NCBI RefSeq assembly: GCF_001194135.2
Contig: NC_068981.1
Location: 97,567,746-97,631,745, forward strand
Direction: 5' to 3'
Source of the DNA: Octopus bimaculoides
Lineage: Eukaryota
Length of the DNA: 64,000 nt
Shown here piece after piece: positions 11,951 through 24,784 of this stretch (its first letter is position 1; the number at the start of each line of letters is the position of its first letter). The translations under genes and the position numbers were made by a program. Below the pieces are notes generated by a model that was given only the letters and a program-made list of their open reading frames with translations, made no database searches and was not told where the DNA came from.

Positions 11951-13898
11951 AAGCTCGGAGGGCCTGAGAGGATCACGAGGAATGTACATTCGCTGATATA
12001 TACATACGACCAGAACCATACGCACACAGAATACATGCATATACATTCACGCATGCAGAACGAATTACATGTACACATTATAATGTGTATAATAAAATGC
12101 ACATGTACATTATCAAAAATACACATAGATTCAATAAAACACGCACATGCACTAATATATATACGAATATACACACACGCANNNNNNNNNNNNNNNNNNN
12201 NNNNNNNNNNNNNNNNNNNNNNNNNNNNNNNNNNNNNNNNNNNNNNNNNNNNNNNNNNNNNNNNNNNNNNNNNNNNNNNNNNNNNNNNNNNNNNNNNNNN
12301 NNNNNNNNNNNNNNNNNNNNNNNNNNNNNNNNNNNNNNNNNNNNNNNNNNNNNNNNNNNNNNNNNNNNNNNNNNNNNNNNNNNNNNNNNNNNNNNNNNNN
12401 NNNNNNNNNNNNNNNNNNNNNNNNNNNNNNNNNNNNNNNNNNNNNNNNNNNNNNNNNNNNNNNNNNNNNNNNNNNNNNNNNNNNNNNNNNNNNNNNNNNN
12501 NNNNNNNNNNNNNNNNNNNNNNNNNNNNNNNNNNNNNNNNNNNNNNNNNNNNNNNNNNNNNNNNNNNNNNNNNNNNNNNNNNNNNNNNNNNNNNNNNNNN
12601 NNNNNNNNNNNNNNNNNNNNNNNNNNNNNNNNNNNNNNNNNNNNNNNNNNNNNNNNNNNNNNNNNNNNNNNNNNNNNNNNNNNNNNNNNNNNNNNNNNNN
12701 NNNNNNNNNNNNNNNNNNNNNNNNNNNNNNNNNNNNNNNNNNNNNNNNNNNNNNNNNNNNNNNNNNNNNNNNNNNNNNNNNNNNNNNNNNNNNNNNNNNN
12801 NNNNNNNNTACTCTAAGACCGCCCACTATCGCCAGCCTACATCCAACCACGCACTATCTTTTAATTGGCACCTTCGTCTTTCGTTCTTTCCGTCTTCTCT
12901 TCTCATCTTTTTTATTATTATTATTTCTTCTCTTTCTTCTATTTTTGTTAACAATTATTGCACACTATGTGGCCCGATGGCAAGGAAATCACTCTAAAGG
13001 TGTGAGACACGTGCAAGCTTTTTTCTGATCAACCCGTTCTTAGGCCTGTCTTACGTCGGTAACCCACAATGCAACTATTTTCACACGTTCTGCCACTTCG
13101 GTTTGGTGGTGTGGTGTGACGGTGCTGTTCTGTGGTATGGTATGATGGAAGTGCGGCTGCAATGTGGTGTGCTTGTACTGTTCTGTGGTATATATATATA
13201 TATATATATATANNNNNNNNNNNNNNNNNNNNNNNNNNNNNNNNNNNNNNNNNNNNNNNNNNNNNNNNNNNNNNNNNNNNNNNNNNNNNNNNNNNNNNNN
13301 NNNNNNNNNNNNNNNNNNNNNNNNNNNNNNNNNNNNNNNNNNNNNNNNNNNNNNNNNNNNNNNNNNNNNNNNNNNNNNNNNNNNNNNNNNNNNNNNNNNN
13401 NNNNNNNNNNNNNNNNNNNNNNNNNNNNNNNNNNNNNNNNNNNNNNNNNNNNNNNNNNNNNNNNNNNNNNNNNNNNNNNNNNNNNNNNNNNNNNNNNNNN
13501 NNNNNNNNNNNNNNNNNNNNNNNNNNNNNNNNNNNNNNNNNNNNNNNNNNNNNNNNNNNNNNNNNNNNNNNNNNNNNNNNNNNNNNNNNNNNNNNNNNNN
13601 NNNNNNNNNNNNNNNNNNNNNNNNNNNNNNNNNNNNNNNNNNNNNNNNNNNNNNNNNNNNNNNNNNNNNNNNNNNNNNNNNNNNNNNNNNNNNNNNNNNN
13701 NNNNNNNNNNNNNNNNNNNNNNNNNNNNNNNNNNNNNNNNNNNNNNNNNNNNNNNNNNNNNNNNNNNNNNNNNNNNNNNNNNNNNNNNNNNNNNNNNNNN
13801 NNNNNNNNNNNNNNNNNNNNNNNNNNNNNNNNNNNNNNNNNNNNNNNNNNNNNNNNNNNNNNNNNNNNNNNNNNNNNNNNNNNNNNNNNNNNNNNNNN

Positions 13899-13953
<55 letters not shown>

Positions 13954-14573
13954 TATATAAAATATATATGTACATAATACATATATATATATATATGTGC
14001 GCGCGTGAGTGCGTGCGTGAAACGTTTGTATCTCGATGAAATTACGTGTAAGAGAACAAGGCAGTGTGGCAGTAGAACTGTGGGTGAATTCAGTGGTGGA
14101 GATGGTGGTAGCGGTGGTGGTGGTGGTGGTAGTGGTGGTGGTGACGACAACGGCAGCAGCGGTGGTGGGAAGTAAGAATGTGAGGCAGTTGAGTATGGTG
14201 GAGGGTGACTTTGAGAAGTCCTTGATAATTGCATTCTACCTATCTCTATTCGATATCTCTACCTGATAAATCCATAGTCGCTTACATCCATTGTAAGGAA
14301 TCTTCCAAAAACAAAAACAAAAAAATAAATAGAAAAAATGAAGGAGAGGGGGTGCAGAAAAGAAGTAAGAATTGAAAAGCAAAGAGGAAAAGGGAAGAAA
14401 AAATACGGGGAGGCTAGAGGAATCATAAAATCATCTCAATAAGAGACTCAGACAAGAAGAGGAACAACATAAAGCCGAGTTTTTAATACAACTGTACGAA
14501 GCTAACGCGTGTCAAGTATATCCTTTACATCATATGAAAGTGCACGGCTGCATACGTAGAATGTGTGTGTGTG

Positions 14574-14605
<32 letters not shown>

Positions 14606-15318
14606 TGCGTGTGTGCGTGTGCGGTCGGAGTTCACGTCGGTACCAAAGGTTTCGCGAGACAGAATCTTTTTGTATGTCTCTTAGGTACCGATATGAATTC
14701 TGATTCTCTGGCATAACGTATATANNNNNNNNNNNNNNNNNNNNNNNNNNNNNNNNNNNNNNNNNNNNNNNNNNNNNNNNNNNNNNNNNNNNNNNNNNNN
14801 NNNNNNNNNNNNNNNNNNNNNNNNNNNNNNNNNNNNNNNNNNNNNNNNNNNNNNNNNNNNNNNNNNNNNNNNNNNNNNNNNNNNNNNNNNNNNNNNNNNN
14901 NNNNNNNNNNNNNNNNNNNNNNNNNNNNNNNNNNNNNNNNNNNNNNNNNNNNNNNNNNNNNNNNNNNNNNNNNNNNNNNNNNNNNNNNNNNNNNNNNNNN
15001 NNNNNNNNNNNNNNNNNNNNNNNNNNNNNNNNNNNNNNNNNNNNNNNNNNNNNNNNNNNNNNNNNNNNNNNNNNNNNNNNNNNNNNNNNNNNNNNNNNNN
15101 NNNNNNNNNNNNNNNNNNNNNNNNNNNNNNNNNNNNNNNNNNNNNNNNNNNNNNNNNNNNNNNNNNNNNNNNNNNNNNNNNNNNNNNNNNNNNNNNNNNN
15201 NNNNNNNNNNNNNNNNNNNNNNNNNNNNNNNNNNNNNNNNNNNNNNNNNNNNNNNNNNNNNNNNNNNNNNNNNNNNNNNNNNNNNNNNNNNNNNNNNNNN
15301 NNNNNNNNNNNNNNNNNN

Positions 15319-15617
15319 GTTGTGAGTGTTTATTGAGCGAAAACACCTAAAGCTCCACGAGGCTCCGGCAGGGGATGGTGGCGAACCCTGCTGTATTCTT
15401 TCACCACAACTTTCTCTCACTCTTACTTCCTCTTTCTGTTGTGCCTGTACTTCAAAGGGGTCAGTCTTGTCACACTGTGTCACGCTGAATATCCCCGAGA
15501 ACTACGTTAAGGGTACACGTGTCTGTGGAGTGCTCAGCCACTTGCACGTTAATTTCACGAGCAGGTTGTTCCGTTGATCATATCAACTGGAACCGTCGTA
15601 AGCGACGGAGTGCCAAC
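15319..15617 (+). mobile_element. SINE family C copy (head lost in gap)
   Basis: Reverse complement of 6392-6700; ends agcgacggagtgccaac. Confidence 0.9.
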
Positions 15618-16182
15618 TATAGCTATTTATGATGTATATATTTTTGCATATTTTGTTTAATGGTTCCACATATGCTCGGGGAGTATGTAGTAAATCGTAG
15701 TATGAGCTCTCTTTGCAGGAAAGATCAGTGAATGAGCGCCTTTGATTGTAACAGTAATTTCCGCGTGTACGTCTTAAAATTGCTTGAATTTGAACTACTG
15801 GAATTTGAACAACTGGAAAACTACAACGTTCCCCTTGTGAAAGCAACTCGCAAACCCAGATGTTTGCTCTTAGCCTTTCCTCACTTAGAGCCATTCACGT
15901 CGTTGCTGTGTCGTATGTTTTTCCTTAGATCTGTTTTTCCTGCAAAGACTATCTGATTCTACTGTTTCTACAACTGGTTCTGATATTTTGTTATATTAGA
16001 TCTAAGTAAGTGAACTTTATAATACAAAGAAAATTAAATATATTTTATGTAGCGATTCGTAGATTTATTATTCCTTCACTCTTTTGTACAAGAAATTTCA
16101 TTACTTTACAATACTCAGCCAGACCTCAAGTAGTTACATATCCACATCTTTTCACCAAACAATCTATAGTCCGCTACACTAG

Positions 16183-16222
<40 letters not shown>

Positions 16223-16317
16223 TGAGGGTGATAAATTGAAATACCAATTTAATTAACATCAATTTAAAACCAGAGGCCTAGCATATAAAAATCTGAAAAT
16301 TCAGAAAAATTGTATTA

Positions 16318-16843
16318 CATGTGTATAAGAAGGGATGACCACTAAGTAGACATCCGATATGCTAGAAAGTGATCGTACACGATCTAACCACAAAGAAAAT
16401 AATGTTCTCTAGAAAAAATTCTATATAATTATGTTCTCTAACCGGCAACATCCACTGCAGTGAATTATCTTCTGCAGAACTGTTTCTGGAATTTTGCGCG
16501 CCAGAGCTGAGACATTTGAAAATAACCCCAATGTAATCGATAGAACTGTACGCACGTCAAACTTTATGAAGACAATTCGTGTATAGTTCTGCAAATTATA
16601 TTGAATTAGAACGGTCGTACTGACGAACTACGGACGCTTTTACATAAGTAAGAGAGTTGATGGCGAAACCCGGTATACGATTAATTCTTTATTTTGTATA
16701 TTTTCATTTGTCGTGCCCGCTTATGTTCTGGTGTTTGCTGAATTTTTTCTAGAGAACATTATTTTCTTTGTGGTTAGATCGTGGATGATCTCTTTCTAGC
16801 ATATCGGATGTTCACTTAGTGGTCACCCCTTCTTATACGCATG
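16318..16843. mobile_element. MITE with ~100-bp terminal inverted repeats, TA-flanked
   Basis: 16318-16420 (catgtgtataagaagggatgaccactaag...ctagaaaaaatt) is the reverse complement of 16741-16843 with few mismatches. TA on both sides. Confidence 0.85.
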
Positions 16844-16875
16844 TATATATATATATATATATACACACACAAATA

Positions 16876-17581
16876 CACGAGGTGTGATCAATAAGTATTA
16901 GGACTGTTGCCATAGTAGCGAAGTTAAAGCACACTGGGTAAAGCCGCCTGGCAAAGATTGACTTTGAACTCTGCTGGGCATGCGCACTAAGTTTTAACGT
17001 TCTAGCTCACTTCCGTTGTTTACAGCAGTGCTTGGAGGGAAGGTGTGTAGCGCGTGATCGTCGCATCGACCATGAGAGAATAAGTTGTCATGGCGATACC
17101 TGCTCAGTGGCCTACGCAAAGTTGCAGAAAGTGTATGGAGACGAGTGTATGAGCCGCACACGAGTGTACGAGTGGTTCAGACGTTTCCAAGATAGCCGAA
17201 AAAATGTCGATGCTGAGGAACATTCTCGGAGACCCACAACCGGCAGGACTAAGAAAAACATCGCAGATGTGCGTGCAGCTGTGAAGAGAAATCGTCGAAT
17301 CACCATCCGTGAGTTATCAGAGGATGCGCAGATTAGTTACGATGCGCAGTCCATTATCACTGAAGATTTTGGTATGAGACGCGTGTCTACCAGGTTTGTG
17401 CCAAAACTGCTTTCAACGGAACAAAAAAATACTCGGGTTTCAGTTGCACTAGATCTCCTTGATTGTGTCGAGAATGATTAAGACTTTTTGAAAACTTTGC
17501 GTAGGTCTCTGAGCAGGTATCGCCAAACTTTTGGCAAAATTTGATGCAGATTCTCTGCTCAACTTTCTTTGTTATGGTTAA
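16876..17581 (+). mobile_element. Mariner derivative: 5' half of transposase followed by an inverted copy of its own 5' region
   Basis: TIR-like start cacgaggtgtgatcaataagtattaggact. ORF 17032-17481 has VYEWFRRF and RRVSTRFVPKLL (mariner HTH region). 17494-17581 is the reverse complement of the 17068-17122 region. Confidence 0.85.
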
Positions 17582-17826
17582 NNNNNNNNNNNNNNNNNNN
17601 NNNNNNNNNNNNNNNNNNNNNNNNNNNNNNNNNNNNNNNNNNNNNNNNNNNNNNNNNNNNNNNNNNNNNNNNNNNNNNNNNNNNNNNNNNNNNNNNNNNN
17701 NNNNNNNNNNNNNNNNNNNNNNNNNNNNNNNNNNNNNNNNNNNNNNNNNNNNNNNNNNNNNNNNNNNNNNNNNNNNNNNNNNNNNNNNNNNNNNNNNNNN
17801 NNNNNNNNNTATATATATATATATAT

Positions 17827-19130
17827 CGAAGTGGTATCAAAAAGTTCCCAGACTAGTTATGTATAATAAAAAATAACTTAACATCATCTTCGAAATAGTC
17901 ACCTTACGCAGCAATACATCTATCCCAGCGTTCCTGCCACCTTTGGATTCCGGCCTGGAAGTCGTTTTCCGTAAGCAAGTCGAGCATCTTCTACGATTCG
18001 CTCTGGATCTCGACAACGGTGTTAAAACAGCGACCTTTGAGCTACAGTTTCTTCTACGATAAGAGATGGAAGTCCGCAGGTGCTAAATCTGGTGAATACA
18101 GAAGCGATACAATGTTGTTTTTGGAAAGAAATTTTCGACTAAGGAGAGCTCGACGACAGGGTGCATTGTCGTCGTGAGGAACCCAGTTCTTCGTGCTCCA
18201 CAAATCCGGTCGCTTTCGCCGAATGTCCTCCCTCAAATGCTTCAAAACTTCGCAGTAGAACTCTTGATTGTTAGTCTGCCCCTGGGGGACGAATTATTGA
18301 TGCACAGTACCATGGATGGCCAAAACAAAAAACGATGAGAATGCTGCTCTTGATTGAGCTGAGTCTCTATCGTGCCTTCTTCGGCTGTGGAGATGAAGGC
18401 CTTTTCCATTGTGATGACTGCTGCATCATCTCAGGGTTGTACTCGTAGACCCAACTCTCGGCACTAGTGATGATCCTCAACATGAAGGATGGGTCATCAG
18501 CTGCACGCCAACGGAGATCGTGACAGATTTCAACGCGATGTTCTTTCTGCTCAGTGGTCAGCAGGCGCGGGACAAACTTGGCAGAGACACGACGCATGTA
18601 CAATTCAGACGTTAGGATTTCCTGCACAAACCCATAGGACAGGCCAACAACATCAGCAAAGTCGTTGATTGTCCTCCGACGGTCCTCATGCACACGCTTT
18701 TCTCCATATTTTCTCCACATTTCCGAGAATGACGCTCGTGGCAGGTCTCCAGATTGCTAATCGTCTTCCAGGGATGTTCTTTCGCTTTTGATGTGCCCTT
18801 GCCACTCGAAACATTGCGTACGACCCATTGCCTCATCACCGTAAGCTTGCCGAAGCATACTCAATGTCTCTGTAGCAGAGTTCTTAAGTTTAACGCAAAA
18901 TTTCACGTCGGCTCTTTGTTCCAACTTCCTGTCCATAACAAAATCGCAGACTACAGCAAACACTTGATCACAAAAACACAAATTTTACAATTTGCGAAGT
19001 AAAGACAGTGATGTCACTCGGTACACTGCCTCATGAATGTCACAGCTAGCTCTCATTGCGTACGCAACCGTGTGCTGCCATCTGTGGGCGCACTACAAAA
19101 CTAGTCCTGGAACTTTTTGCTACCACCTCG
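17827..19130 (-). mobile_element. Full-length (~1.3 kb) but frameshifted mariner transposon
   Basis: TIRs cgaagtggtatcaaaaagttcccagactagtt and aactagtcctggaactttttgctaccacctcg, with TA at the right end and (AT)n at the left. Fragments include EQRADVKFC, RVSAKFVPRLL, SAESWVYEY, HDDNAP and YSPDLAPADF. Confidence 0.92.
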
Positions 19131-19244
19131 TATACAAGGTCTACCTCAAAGACATATACAGACACAGTGATTGAGTATAATGTCAGTGTTTAAGATAAAT
19201 TTCATTTTCAAAATTTACTCGAATCTTCAGACATAGTTTAATTT

Positions 19245-20302
19245 TTCATGAATGCCTGTTTTCAGACTGATGATCATTAAGTCCAATCACGGCTAATAAC
19301 ACGAAAGAATGGAATTGCATATATCAAGAGACATTTCAGTCGGTATTTGCGCGCATTCTTGTTCAATGCCTACCCTCAATTCATTGACTATTGCTCCTTT
19401 TGTACTATAAGCTTTATCTTTTTAAGTATTCCCATGAAAAAAAATCGAGTGATGTGAGATACGGTGTACGCGGAGGGCTTACTTCTGAACAACTTCGTTA
19501 TCCATCACTTGTTTGGCAAAAGCTTATCAGGGAAGCCCTTACACTTTTATGGCATGATGCTGCTGCCCCATCTTGCCGGGAATAAAATTCCACATCCTCA
19601 AAGTTCTCTTAAATGTTTAGTAAGACAGATCTTTGCAGTTCAAGTAAATGGGGCCAGTTACAGTACCGTCAAGAAAGAATGGTTCACTTAATCCTTTTGA
19701 TAATAAGCTGCACCATACTATAATTCCTGGTAAATTAATATGTTCATCCATAATATGCAGATTTTCAGGTCTGTAATAGATGCAATTGTGGCTGTTAATT
19801 AATCCAGTTAATTTAAATATAATCTCATCCCTCTAAACAATTTTTGTTGAAAAGTGTGCATCGCATATCTTGCCAAGTACCACTTGCAAAACTCCACTCT
19901 TCGGTCTGGGCCATCTTCATTGTAAGCCTAGATTATTTTTGGAATGTAACTTTTCCAATAACAGCGCTTCAAAATGCGATGGATGCTTGATTTTGAAATT
20001 CCTGTCTCATGACTCGGCTGCCCCACAGATTTTCTTTAACTCTGGTCATACGTTTCTAGCATCGTTTTTTGCTTTGTAGAACTTGTTAACGTTCGCGATA
20101 TTACGGTACGTTTATTGCAGATATCCTGATCAATTCCATCTGCATCAAACTTATCTCTAATTCAAGTGATAGTAAGTCGCGTAGGTAGATCAGTTTGAAA
20201 CTCCCCTCTAGATTGTCTTTACATGTTGACTACTTTTTGAAACTTCTAGTAGCACATTAGGTAAATTTTCCTTTGTTCAAAGCTTAGTCCGGCTTCTCTC
20301 AT
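19245..20302 (-). pseudogene. Decayed Tc1/mariner-superfamily transposase, rosa/DD41D-like
   Basis: Manual translation gives [68 protein letters not shown] and PPRTPYLTSLDFF..EYLK, with multiple stops. TIRs were not identified. The subfamily call is an inference from motifs. Confidence 0.8.
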
Positions 20303-20661
20303 TATTCCTAATGGGTTTAATCTATAAAGAAATGAAAACTGACTTAGCCTTCAATTTAGTGAACACTTCCTTTCCACAAAAAAGGCTACAGAGCAAACTC
20401 TTCAGCCTTGTCAAATGGAAACTGAAGCAAAGTAAGACGGTTAGGTAATAATTGATATTGAAATGAACATAAGCGTTTGCAACCCACTCCTTGCTTGACA
20501 TATCAGCGATAGTTTCGTCTCAGCTAATTTCTGAGAGAGATTGACTACTCTGCTCAAGACCTCGTTCCGTTCCAGTTTCATTTGCAGGTCCGGTGCAAAC
20601 AAAAACACTGTATCAAAATAATTTTTTTTAAAATTATGCTTTCATGTTTTTCATCTTATTA

Positions 20662-20816
20662 CGACTCCAGTGCTCATCTAGTACTTATTTTACCGAATCC
20701 GAAAAGATGAAAGGTAAATTCAGCCTCGGCGGAATTTGAACTCAGAAAGTAAAGACGGACGAAATGCCGCTAAGCATTTTACCGAGTGTGATAACGATTC
20801 TGCCAGCTCGCTTCCT
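20662..20816 (-). mobile_element. tRNA-derived SINE, family A (Meta-like central domain, (ATT)n tail)
   Basis: Head gcgagctggcagaatcgtta...ctgagttcaaattccgccgagg. Central domain ttt(g/a)cctttcatc(c/t)tttcgg. Confidence 0.8.
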
Positions 20817-21294
20817 TTAATGTATTATAGTAATAATGATGTTAGAATTGAGACAGGAAATCGGGCAACAAACATTAAGAAACGTGCAGACGACAGAATA
20901 GTGTTCACGATCACACCACTGGTCAACATTACCATAAAGTAAATATCCCCTGGATACGTTGAATACATTGCTGGCCTTGTACCAAAATGTGAAGCCATTA
21001 TTACACCTCACTATACCTGTTATATTTTATGTCCATGCTGGGGACGGTTAATCTTGCTACGTTTCTCAAGTTTTTTGTTTGAGCTCATTGGTTCTTGTCT
21101 GTTTACGTTTCTCTTTGCTTTATATTGTCACTAATTTTTTCCATGTCTGTCCACCCTCCATTTGCTATCCATTGTTGTAATACAATGTCACGGTACAATT
21201 AACTGTGGATAGAGCTCTTAGTTGACTTCTTACTAGTACCGGAGGCGAGACGAGTAGTCCGAGAACCCATGTAGCAGCGACCGTTGGTGTTTTG

Positions 21295-21410
21295 GTAAAG
21301 GCCAGCAATTTTAGGGAGGAGGTAAGTCGATTATATCAACCGCAGTATTCAAATGGTATTTGTTTTATCAACCCCAGCGTTCTAGCGATTCAGCCCGCTC
21401 GCCGGCTTAA
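21295..21410 (-). mobile_element. Internally deleted SINE family A copy
   Basis: Tail half joined directly to the head (caacccc|agcgttctagcgattc). The same deletion is seen at 27395-27515. Confidence 0.65.
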
Positions 21411-22404
21411 TGAAAATCGTAATAATAGATTCTGGGAATGTGGTGTCTCCGTGGCTAGTTATAATCGGCTACTCAGTAGCTGATGGAATCTTCGCTTTTG
21501 CATATCCTATTTTTCTGTCCACCAATTTAATACGAGCGTCTGCTTGTGGGCTGGTGTATGGAACACTAACTTGGCCGTCACCTTTCCTCGCTCTCGGTTT
21601 TGAAGAGCAAGCACAAATTGCAATATGCATACACAGGCCAATGTAGACCATATCACTTTACGCGGCAGCCAAGGATTTGTTTAAATGCTCATTTGAGGAC
21701 ACAGAGATTTCCCCTTGCTTTTCCAGAAGCAAGAAAATATCGATATAAATCAACAGACAAGAGGGCGGAATATTTTGCGAGCAATATTCTTTGTTTCTCA
21801 GAGAAGTGTCCCAGGTTCAAAGTTTCTTCATCCCCAAGGCTATTTTTGTTATTTGCTGCGTTGTCTAAATATGTTTGGCTATTGCCAGTGTCTGCATTTA
21901 CTTCACAAATGTGTTCGTTTGTGTTTTTCCGAAGTGATAATTCTGCGTTTGCTTTTGTATCTGTATTTATTTGTTTAATTATCATCGTTTTTGTTACTTT
22001 ATTCTTTATTTTCACCGTCTGTAGGTGTTTTCCACCATTTTTATCAAGTTCATCTCGGAATATCTTGGGAGCATGATCGACGGTACCTTCTTACTTGCAA
22101 CATCTTCTTACCGCCAATTTACGAAATAAATGAAATATTTACAAAATATAAAATATAAAATGCTCAACGACAAACTTTATTTTCTACCCAAGGTAATCAG
22201 AGTGAGTACTGAATTGTTCCAATGTATTCTATCGACAAAATTACTCTAAAGAAGAACGCTTTCCATTAAATCTAATTCGTGATGGATCTAATTCTCCTAA
22301 GAAGATAATTTGGATACATCGTCGATAAAAACTGACACAGAACAACCACAATAACAACAACAACAACAACAACAGTAATAATTCTTTCCAAAAGGCACTG
22401 TTCA

Positions 22405-22688
22405 TCTCGAATCGGCAATACCCTTCATAGCACTGCTAGATCAGGGTATTCTGTAAGTTATTTATGGGATCCGAGTCAAAAGTCCTCCGGTTAAAGATCA
22501 GCTAGTTGATTTCCATTGACGCCTAGGGCTTCCCAGAGAACGTCGTCTCCCTTTCCCACCATTGATCTACTCTACAACGCCATGGTGGAACATTCACCGA
22601 CCGCAGTGCCCGACTGGCACAGGGCTGTGAGGATCTGACAGCTCTTAAGGTGCCAGGCGTTCTACCTCGGTCTACGATTGATCCGGGA
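22405..22688 (+). mobile_element. Probable 3' UTR of a further (TAA)-tailed retroelement
   Basis: GC-richer segment ending ctacctcggtctacgattgatccgggac, immediately followed by (AAT)n. No coding evidence. Confidence 0.4.
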
Positions 22689-22690
22689 CA

Positions 22691-22748
<58 letters not shown>

Positions 22749-22789
22749 CAACAACAACAATAATAATAATAACAACTGAAAATAGGTGG

Positions 22790-23605
22790 GTAAAGTAAAG
22801 AAGAGAATGCATGGTCAATTTCATAGGGATGTTGAAGATAAGATAGACAGAAAAAAGATGGCTGTGGATGACTAAAAATGATTTAAAACTGGAAACGGAG
22901 GCTCTAATCTGTGCTGCCCAAGAGCAAGCACTAAGAACAAACTACATAAAATACAGAATAGACAACACATCAGAAAGTGATAAGTGCAGAATCTGTGGAC
23001 AAAACGTTACCAGCCAATGTACACCACTAGCCCAGAAGGAAAATAAGAGATGCCATGACAATATAGCCAGGCTTGTCCATTGGACACTTTGCAACAAGTA
23101 TGGACTTGGCAGAGCAAAAAATTGGTACGACCGCAAATCTGAATACATCGTCGAAAATGGAAATGCAAAGATCCTATGATTCAGTGCGACCATGAGATAG
23201 AGAATATGAAGCCGGACATAGTCTTAATTGAGAAAGAAAACAAACTATGCTGGATCATAGATATAGTATGCCCAGCTGACAACAAAGTATGTGATAAGGA
23301 AGAAAGAAAAGTCAAGAGATATGACAGGCTAGCTTGGGAGATTAAGCAGTTGTGGTCGATGAGAATGGTAGCAGTAGTACCAATAATTGTCGGAGCCCTG
23401 GGTACAGTGAGCAAAAATCTCGAGAAGTACGTGGAAGAAATAGAGGCTGCAATAAAGGTGGAGCACTTGCAGAAAACAGCACTGCTTGGAACCGCTCGAA
23501 TACTCCGGAAGGTGCTCGAAGAATAAGAGGTGTTACATTAGTTCACTGGTAGTGAGCAGCTGGAACTATAGTACATCTCCAGCGTTAGAAGCTGTGCAAA
23601 AAAAA
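22790..23605 (+). mobile_element. R4/Dong-like copy (CCHC + RLE + 3' UTR), 5'-truncated, inside an (AAT)n/(AAC)n tract
   Basis: ORFs 22868-23179 (LICAAQEQALRTN, KCRICGQ) and 23176-23526 (MKPDIVLIEKENKLCWIIDIVCPAD, PIIVGALG, QKTALLGTARILRKVLEE*). (AAT)n lies at 22692-22775 and 23607-23675. Confidence 0.92.
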
Positions 23606-23613
23606 CAACAACA

Positions 23614-23674
<61 letters not shown>

Positions 23675-23677
23675 TTC

Positions 23678-24038
23678 GAGTGATTATTCGAGTAAAGAAT
23701 TGGCAAAAAAATACATCAAAAATAAACGGGAGAAAAGGGAAAGAAAGAAAATAAAAATTAAGAACGAGGTCATAGAAATGCATGTCCTCATGTATATACG
23801 TGCTGGTGAGTGTGTGAGTTGAATAGATGTGCCTGTGCTTTCAAAATATTTCCTACCTAATATTCAAATAATAGTCATAATTATTTTTTCTTAATCATAG
23901 TAAACTTTTGAGGATGTGGTGTTTGTTTGAAGTGAAAAATCACATCTATTCCCGTTCTTTTAAGGCTTTTTAATAGTCTTTTATCAAATAGTGTACTTTG
24001 AAACTTTTTCTTTTGATTTTCAGATGTAGTCGACTAAT
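23678..24038 (+). repeat. Local duplicated unique-looking segment, copy 1
   Basis: Matches 29221-29540 closely and carries an extra ~36 bp at about 23837-23873. Confidence 0.9.
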
Positions 24039-24148
24039 ATATGGTACCCTAGGCATAACACCTACATGAACTTCTAACTTGTCTCTTGAGGTCTCTGGGT
24101 GAGACTTGGATCCAACTTGTACAAATGTAAAACAAAAGTCAAACATAA
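24039..24148 (+). mobile_element. Very short 3' end of an RLE-type LINE (family of 4316-4498) + (AAT)n
   Basis: accctaggcataacacc...aaaacaaaagtcaaacata followed by (AAT)n. Confidence 0.75.
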
Positions 24149-24181
<33 letters not shown>

Positions 24182-24184
<3 letters not shown>

Positions 24185-24725
24185 GACGAAGTGCCAAGGA
24201 GTGGATCTCATGGCTTTTGATCTTAAATGATTGGAAGTGTTACATTTACATTGCTTTGTTTTGGTATGAAAGATGGTATACAACAAATATTCTACTCAGT
24301 ACCGTAGATTTGCTTGTAAGTTGCTTGGCCTTAACCAGTTGAGCATGTCCCTTAGATATGTGCATTTCTGATCAGGAGCAGAAGTAGTGGGGGAGCATCT
24401 TGGCCATGTGCTGAGAGGAATTCTTTGGGGTTTGAATAATTCACCTCTGGAAATATGGGGTTTTTGTTCATCATCCTTAAAACAAACCTTATTTAGTGAC
24501 CTTTTGAGTGGGACGGGCTACTTAACGTGAAGAAAATTCTAACTGGACCCCACTTGCAAGGTCATGCGCTGTTTATCTTGATATAAGATCACTATGTCGC
24601 GCGCATATAGTTGTGATGCATGTGCCTGGTGTACCCTTATCAGCCGGGTAGTCACGATGGGTATATTGGGCTTCGTATATTTGTATACCAATGTTACTTT
24701 GATGGCATGCGCTGCTCTCTAACTC

Positions 24726-24726
<1 letters not shown>
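24182..24726 (+). mobile_element. Long 3' UTR of a (TAA)-tailed LINE-like family
   Basis: Flanked by (AAT)n on both sides. Fragments of the same sequence occur at 4702-4811 and 59085-59155. Confidence 0.7.

Positions 24727-24784
<58 letters not shown>

Noticed and set aside
15700-15960. Short ORFs and splice-like ttgcag motifs on both strands
   Set aside because: No coherent exon or homology; only a 15-bp internal duplication.
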